A stretch of 64,000 nucleotides of DNA from Candidatus Aminicenantes bacterium (GTDB lineage Bacteria > Acidobacteriota > Aminicenantia > Aminicenantales > Saccharicenantaceae): positions 1,064,243 through 1,128,242 of the forward strand of contig CAVQXL010000004.1 of assembly GCA_963717865.1 (NCBI GenBank), given 5' to 3'. The notes under the pieces are model-generated. The model saw nothing but the letters and a program-made list of their open reading frames with translations. It made no database searches and had not been told where the DNA came from. Below are positions 60,599 to 64,000 of the stretch, piece by piece (position 1 is the first letter of the stretch; each line of letters opens with the position of its first letter). The translations under genes were made by a program, and so were the position numbers.

Positions 60599-62575
60599 AT
60601 GACCAAGGGATCTTCCGCCGCCGTCGTCCTCGCCGCGTTCTGTCTCGCGGGGAGCCCTCTGGCCGGAAAGACCTATACGCTCGTTTCCCCCGGCCGGAAG
60701 GTCCAGGTGAACATCGAAGTGGGCGCGCGGGTCTCGTACTCCGTCATGTACGGGGCGCAGACGGTCCTGGCCCCGTCCTTCATCTCCATGACCATCAACG
60801 ACAACGTCGTCCTGGGTCGGACCACGGTCGTCGAGAGGACCGAGCCGAAGGCGGTCGACGAGACGATCCAGCCTCCCGTCCGCGTGAAAAGGGCCCTCGT
60901 GCCAGACAGGTATTCCGAGCTCACGTTCCGCCTCCGTGGAAATTACGGACTGCGCTTTCGGGCCTATGATGACGGCGTTGCCTACCGCTTCTTCACCGGA
61001 TACCGGCGGGAGATCAAGGTCAACGCCGAAGAAGCGACCTTCGCCTTCCCCGATAGGGCGGCCGTGTGGATCCCGTTCACGGAGAGCCTCCACACCTCCT
61101 TCGAGAGCCGTTACGTCCGCCTTCCCCTAGCTGAGGTCGGCCCCGTACGGTTCGGATACGCCCCCGTCGTCGTCGAGCTCGACGGGGGGCCGAGGGTCGC
61201 CGTCGGCGAAGCCGACCTCGAGGACTACCCCGGCATGTTCCTCACGGGGAACGATCGGGGGGCCCCCGAGCTCAAGGGGTTGTTCGCGCCGTTCCCTCTC
61301 GAGGAAAAGCTGAGGGAGAAGAGCGTCCGCGAGCTCGAGGTCGTCAAGGCCGCGGACTATCTCGCGATGACCCGGGGGAGCCGGGACTACCCCTGGAGGG
61401 CGATCGCCATCGCCGAGTCGGACGCCGGTCTCGTCGGCCACGACCTTTTTTATCGGCTCGGTGGTGAGCCGCGGATCAAGGACGTTTCGTGGATCCGACC
61501 GGGCAAGGTCGCTTGGGATCGGTGGAACGCCAACAATATCTATGGCGTCGATTTCAAGTCCGGCATCAATACGGCGACGTACAGGAAATACATAGACTTC
61601 GCCGCGCAAAACGGCCTCGAGTACGTCATCCTGGACGAGGGCTGGTCCGATCCCGCCGACCTCTTCAAGCTCGATCCCGGGATCGATATGGCCGGGCTCG
61701 CCGCCTATGCCGTGGAGAAAAAGGTCGGACTCATCCTCTGGTGCGTCTGGCTGACCCTTGACCGGCAGATGGACAGGGCCCTTGACCAGTTCGCGAAATG
61801 GGGGATCCGGGGGATCAAGGTCGATTTCATGGACCGGGACGACCAGAAGATGGTCGGATTCTACTGGAGGTGCGCCGAAGCCGCCGCCCGGCGCCGCCTG
61901 GTCGTCGATTTCCACGGCGCCCATCTTCCCGCCGGCCTCCTTCGGGCCTACCCCAACGTCCTGACGAGCGAAGGGGTCATGGGCCTCGAGCACGTCAAGT
62001 GGAGCGATTCCGTGGGCCCCGATCACGATCTCGCCATTCCGTTCACCCGGATGCTCGCCGGGCCCATGGACTACACTCCCGGGGCCATGCGCAACGCGAT
62101 GAAAGACCGATTCCGCCCCGATTTCGAGCTTCCCATGAGCCAGGGCACGCGGTGTCACCAGCTGGCCATGTTCGTCCTCTACGAGAGTCCTCTCCAGATG
62201 TTGTGCGACAGCCCTTCCGCATATGAGGCGGAGCCGGAAGTCATAGGCTTCCTCTCCGGCGTGCCGACGGTCTGGGACGAGACGAGGCCCTTGGACGGGA
62301 AGATCGAGGATTACCTTGTCCTGGCCCGGAAGTCCGGCGCGGACTGGTATGCGGCCGCTATGACCGATTGGACGCCGAGAACGCTGGAGCTCCCCCTGGA
62401 TTTCCTCGATGAAGGGACCTACGAGGCCGTCATCTTTGCCGACGGCCTCAACGTCGACAGGTATGCTTCCGACTTCAGCAGGGAGGTCCTGACGGTGAAC
62501 CGGGGCGATCGCCTAAAGATAGACCTCGCTTCCGGAGGGGGATGGGTGGCGCGGTTCCGCAGGAAGGCCGGGTGA
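60599..62575 (+). CDS. Glycoside hydrolase family 97 (alpha-glucosidase/alpha-galactosidase type)
   Basis: GGAGG SD before the ATG at 60599 and a signal peptide. Motifs are LRFRAYDDGVAYRF, WRAIAIAE, YVILDEGWS and GIRGIKVDFMDRDDQ. The ORF is uninterrupted. Confidence 0.85.
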   Translation: MTKGSSAAVVLAAFCLAGSPLAGKTYTLVSPGRKVQVNIEVGARVSYSVMYGAQTVLAPSFISMTINDNVVLGRTTVVERTEPKAVDETIQPPVRVKRALVPDRYSELTFRLRGNYGLRFRAYDDGVAYRFFTGYRREIKVNAEEATFAFPDRAAVWIPFTESLHTSFESRYVRLPLAEVGPVRFGYAPVVVELDGGPRVAVGEADLEDYPGMFLTGNDRGAPELKGLFAPFPLEEKLREKSVRELEVVKAADYLAMTRGSRDYPWRAIAIAESDAGLVGHDLFYRLGGEPRIKDVSWIRPGKVAWDRWNANNIYGVDFKSGINTATYRKYIDFAAQNGLEYVILDEGWSDPADLFKLDPGIDMAGLAAYAVEKKVGLILWCVWLTLDRQMDRALDQFAKWGIRGIKVDFMDRDDQKMVGFYWRCAEAAARRRLVVDFHGAHLPAGLLRAYPNVLTSEGVMGLEHVKWSDSVGPDHDLAIPFTRMLAGPMDYTPGAMRNAMKDRFRPDFELPMSQGTRCHQLAMFVLYESPLQMLCDSPSAYEAEPEVIGFLSGVPTVWDETRPLDGKIEDYLVLARKSGADWYAAAMTDWTPRTLELPLDFLDEGTYEAVIFADGLNVDRYASDFSREVLTVNRGDRLKIDLASGGGWVARFRRKAG

Positions 62576-62792
62576 TCGCGTAAACTTCCTGGACACTCAG
62601 GCCCCGGCCCTTCAACGGGCAGGGGCGTCGCGGGATTGACCCGTTCGCCGATGCTAACCCCATAAAAGCCCGAGCTTTTATGGTGTTGACAGACGAGGGG
62701 TGTTCCGCTAAGGTAGTGAACTCTCGGCGGGAACCAAAACCACAACTCCTAGTATCCTCGGTCAAACGTGTAGCACATATTGAATATATTTC

Positions 62793-62822
62793 TTGACAAA
62801 AGGCACACCCTGACTGTATAAT
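62793..62822 (+). promoter_or_regulatory. Consensus sigma70-type promoter for the SpoIID/LytB gene
   Basis: TTGACA (62793-62798), an 18-nt spacer, then TATAAT (62817-62822). It lies 34 nt upstream of the ATG at 62856. Confidence 0.5.
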
Positions 62823-62855
62823 ATGACCAGTTCCGAAGTCAGCAGAGCCATTTCC

Positions 62856-64000
62856 ATGCGAATAAGACATATCAAGTACTTTATCATCGTTTTCGCCGGG
62901 CTCTTCTTTTTCGGGGGGAGGCCTATCGAGTTCGGAAATGAGAACTCCTTTTTCCACGGGTTCGTGATCCCGAATCCCGTCATCAGGATCGGCCTGGGGA
63001 CGGGGCTCGGCGACATCAAGGTCCATTCCTCCTCGGGGATGAAGGTCTACGAGGTCAGCGCCGGGTACGAGCTCCTGGGGGACGACGTCGAGGAGGCCCG
63101 GATCAAGGGGGATAGGGAACAGCTCACCGAGAAGTTCGTCCTCCTCATGGCCCAGACCAAGGACCGGAAGGAAGCCGAGCAGATCGCGGCCGGGCTCAGG
63201 GAAAAGACCGGTCTCAACGTCTCCGTCGAAGAGGCCCGGGAATCGGGGCTCGGAGGGGTCTTCCAGGTCAAGATCGGCGATTATCTGACCCGGGGAGACG
63301 CCCTGTCCGCGATATCCGGCCTGAACGCCAAGGGCTTGAAGGACATCTGGGTCCTCAGGGAGGTCATCTCCCTGGAGGAAGTCGGCTCCCGCTGGATCCT
63401 CATCGGGAACGGTCTGCGCCCCCTGGTCCGGGACTCCGTCCTCTATTTCATCCCGAGCCACCCCGAAAGCCTACTTTCCTACGGCGGCCGCAGGTACAGG
63501 GGGCTCTTCATCCTCAGGAGCGGTCCCCGAGGGGCCGTCCTTATCAATGTCCTCAATCTCGAGGATTACCTCAAAGGGGTCGTCCCGGGCGAGCTTTCGC
63601 CCGACCAGTTCGGCGAGATCGAGGCCCTCAAGGCCCAGGCGGTGGCCGCCCGGACCTATGCGATCAAGAATACGGGCCAGTACCGGGCCCTCGGCTATGA
63701 TCTCAGCGACACACCCGCCTCCCAGGTCTATGGCGGCCTCGACGCCGAACGGCCACTGAGCACCCGGGCGGTGGATGAGACCCGGGGGGAGGTCATCCGC
63801 TATAAGGGCGAGCTCATCAACGCCCTCTATATGAGCACCTGCGGCGGGATGACGGAGGACGTCGAGAACGTCTTTTCCGGCAGGCCCGTGGCCTATCTGA
63901 AGAGCACGGAATGCGGGGTCGAAAAGCGGCCCGAATGGACCGTCGAGAGCGGAGCGGTCATCGCCCCAGTCGTTGCGGCCGGCAGGGATATCACGCCGGA
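62856..64000 (+). CDS. SpoIID/LytB-domain protein with SPOR-like insert (3' partial)
   Basis: Absent from the ORF track because no stop is reached. Own translation gives MRIRHIKYFIIVFAGLFFF..., a SPOR-like segment FQVKIGDYLTRGDALSAI, then LEDYLKGVVPGELSPDQFGEIEALKAQAVAARTYAIKN and DTPASQVYGG. Confidence 0.75.
   Translation, partial: MRIRHIKYFIIVFAGLFFFGGRPIEFGNENSFFHGFVIPNPVIRIGLGTGLGDIKVHSSSGMKVYEVSAGYELLGDDVEEARIKGDREQLTEKFVLLMAQTKDRKEAEQIAAGLREKTGLNVSVEEARESGLGGVFQVKIGDYLTRGDALSAISGLNAKGLKDIWVLREVISLEEVGSRWILIGNGLRPLVRDSVLYFIPSHPESLLSYGGRRYRGLFILRSGPRGAVLINVLNLEDYLKGVVPGELSPDQFGEIEALKAQAVAARTYAIKNTGQYRALGYDLSDTPASQVYGGLDAERPLSTRAVDETRGEVIRYKGELINALYMSTCGGMTEDVENVFSGRPVAYLKSTECGVEKRPEWTVESGAVIAPVVAAGRDITP

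Overview
GC-rich bacterial chromosomal segment with about 55 genes. I saw no rRNA, CRISPR array, transposase, integrase or phage genes. Gene content (GWxTD protein, acidobacterial-style TonB-dependent barrel, S9/S46 peptidases, NrfAH) suggests an Acidobacteriota/Aminicenantes-like lineage, but that is a weak inference.

Left end (1-11.4 kb): the 3' part of a TonB-dependent-receptor-like barrel and a textbook terminator. A co-directional gene run with overlapping start and stop codons follows. It holds three tandem paralogues of an alkaline-phosphatase-superfamily (sulfatase-like) domain fused to TPR repeats, then a GWxTD-domain protein, a lipoprotein and a signal-peptide-bearing PI3/PI4-kinase-like protein. 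This is my best candidate for an undescribed envelope system. A c-di-GMP module follows (two stand-alone PilZ genes plus PAS-GGDEF-EAL).

Rest of the window, in order:
- DPP-IV-type peptidase and a nitroreductase
- lexA / Y-family polymerase / dnaE2 SOS cluster
- an orphan HicB-like gene
- housekeeping genes: LysA-like, DUF72, Thr-dehydratase-like, thiD, acyP, Nif3, flavodoxin
- a 1278-aa NtrY-like histidine kinase with no adjacent response regulator
- AstE-family enzyme, amidohydrolase, aminotransferase, DUF362 and ychF
- a minus-strand run of tRNA-Pro, cupin, nrfA, nrfH, MFS, hemerythrin and a beta-lactamase-fold protein
- S46 peptidase and an ABC-F ATPase
- pstS-C-A-B-B, followed by a DUF3014-like gene where phoU would normally sit
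- radical SAM, DedA, surE, a second tRNA-Pro, MerR, rarA, GH97, and a SpoIID/LytB gene that runs off the 3' end

Dominant oddity: about 23 clearly recognisable genes are broken by small frame changes, mostly 1-nt where I could resolve them. These cluster in two dense blocks (about 14.2-22.0 kb and 48.2-58.8 kb), while neighbouring multi-kb ORFs are intact. The fragments stay stop-free and keep their conserved motifs, so I suspect consensus or assembly indel errors rather than true gene decay. Read-level checking is needed.
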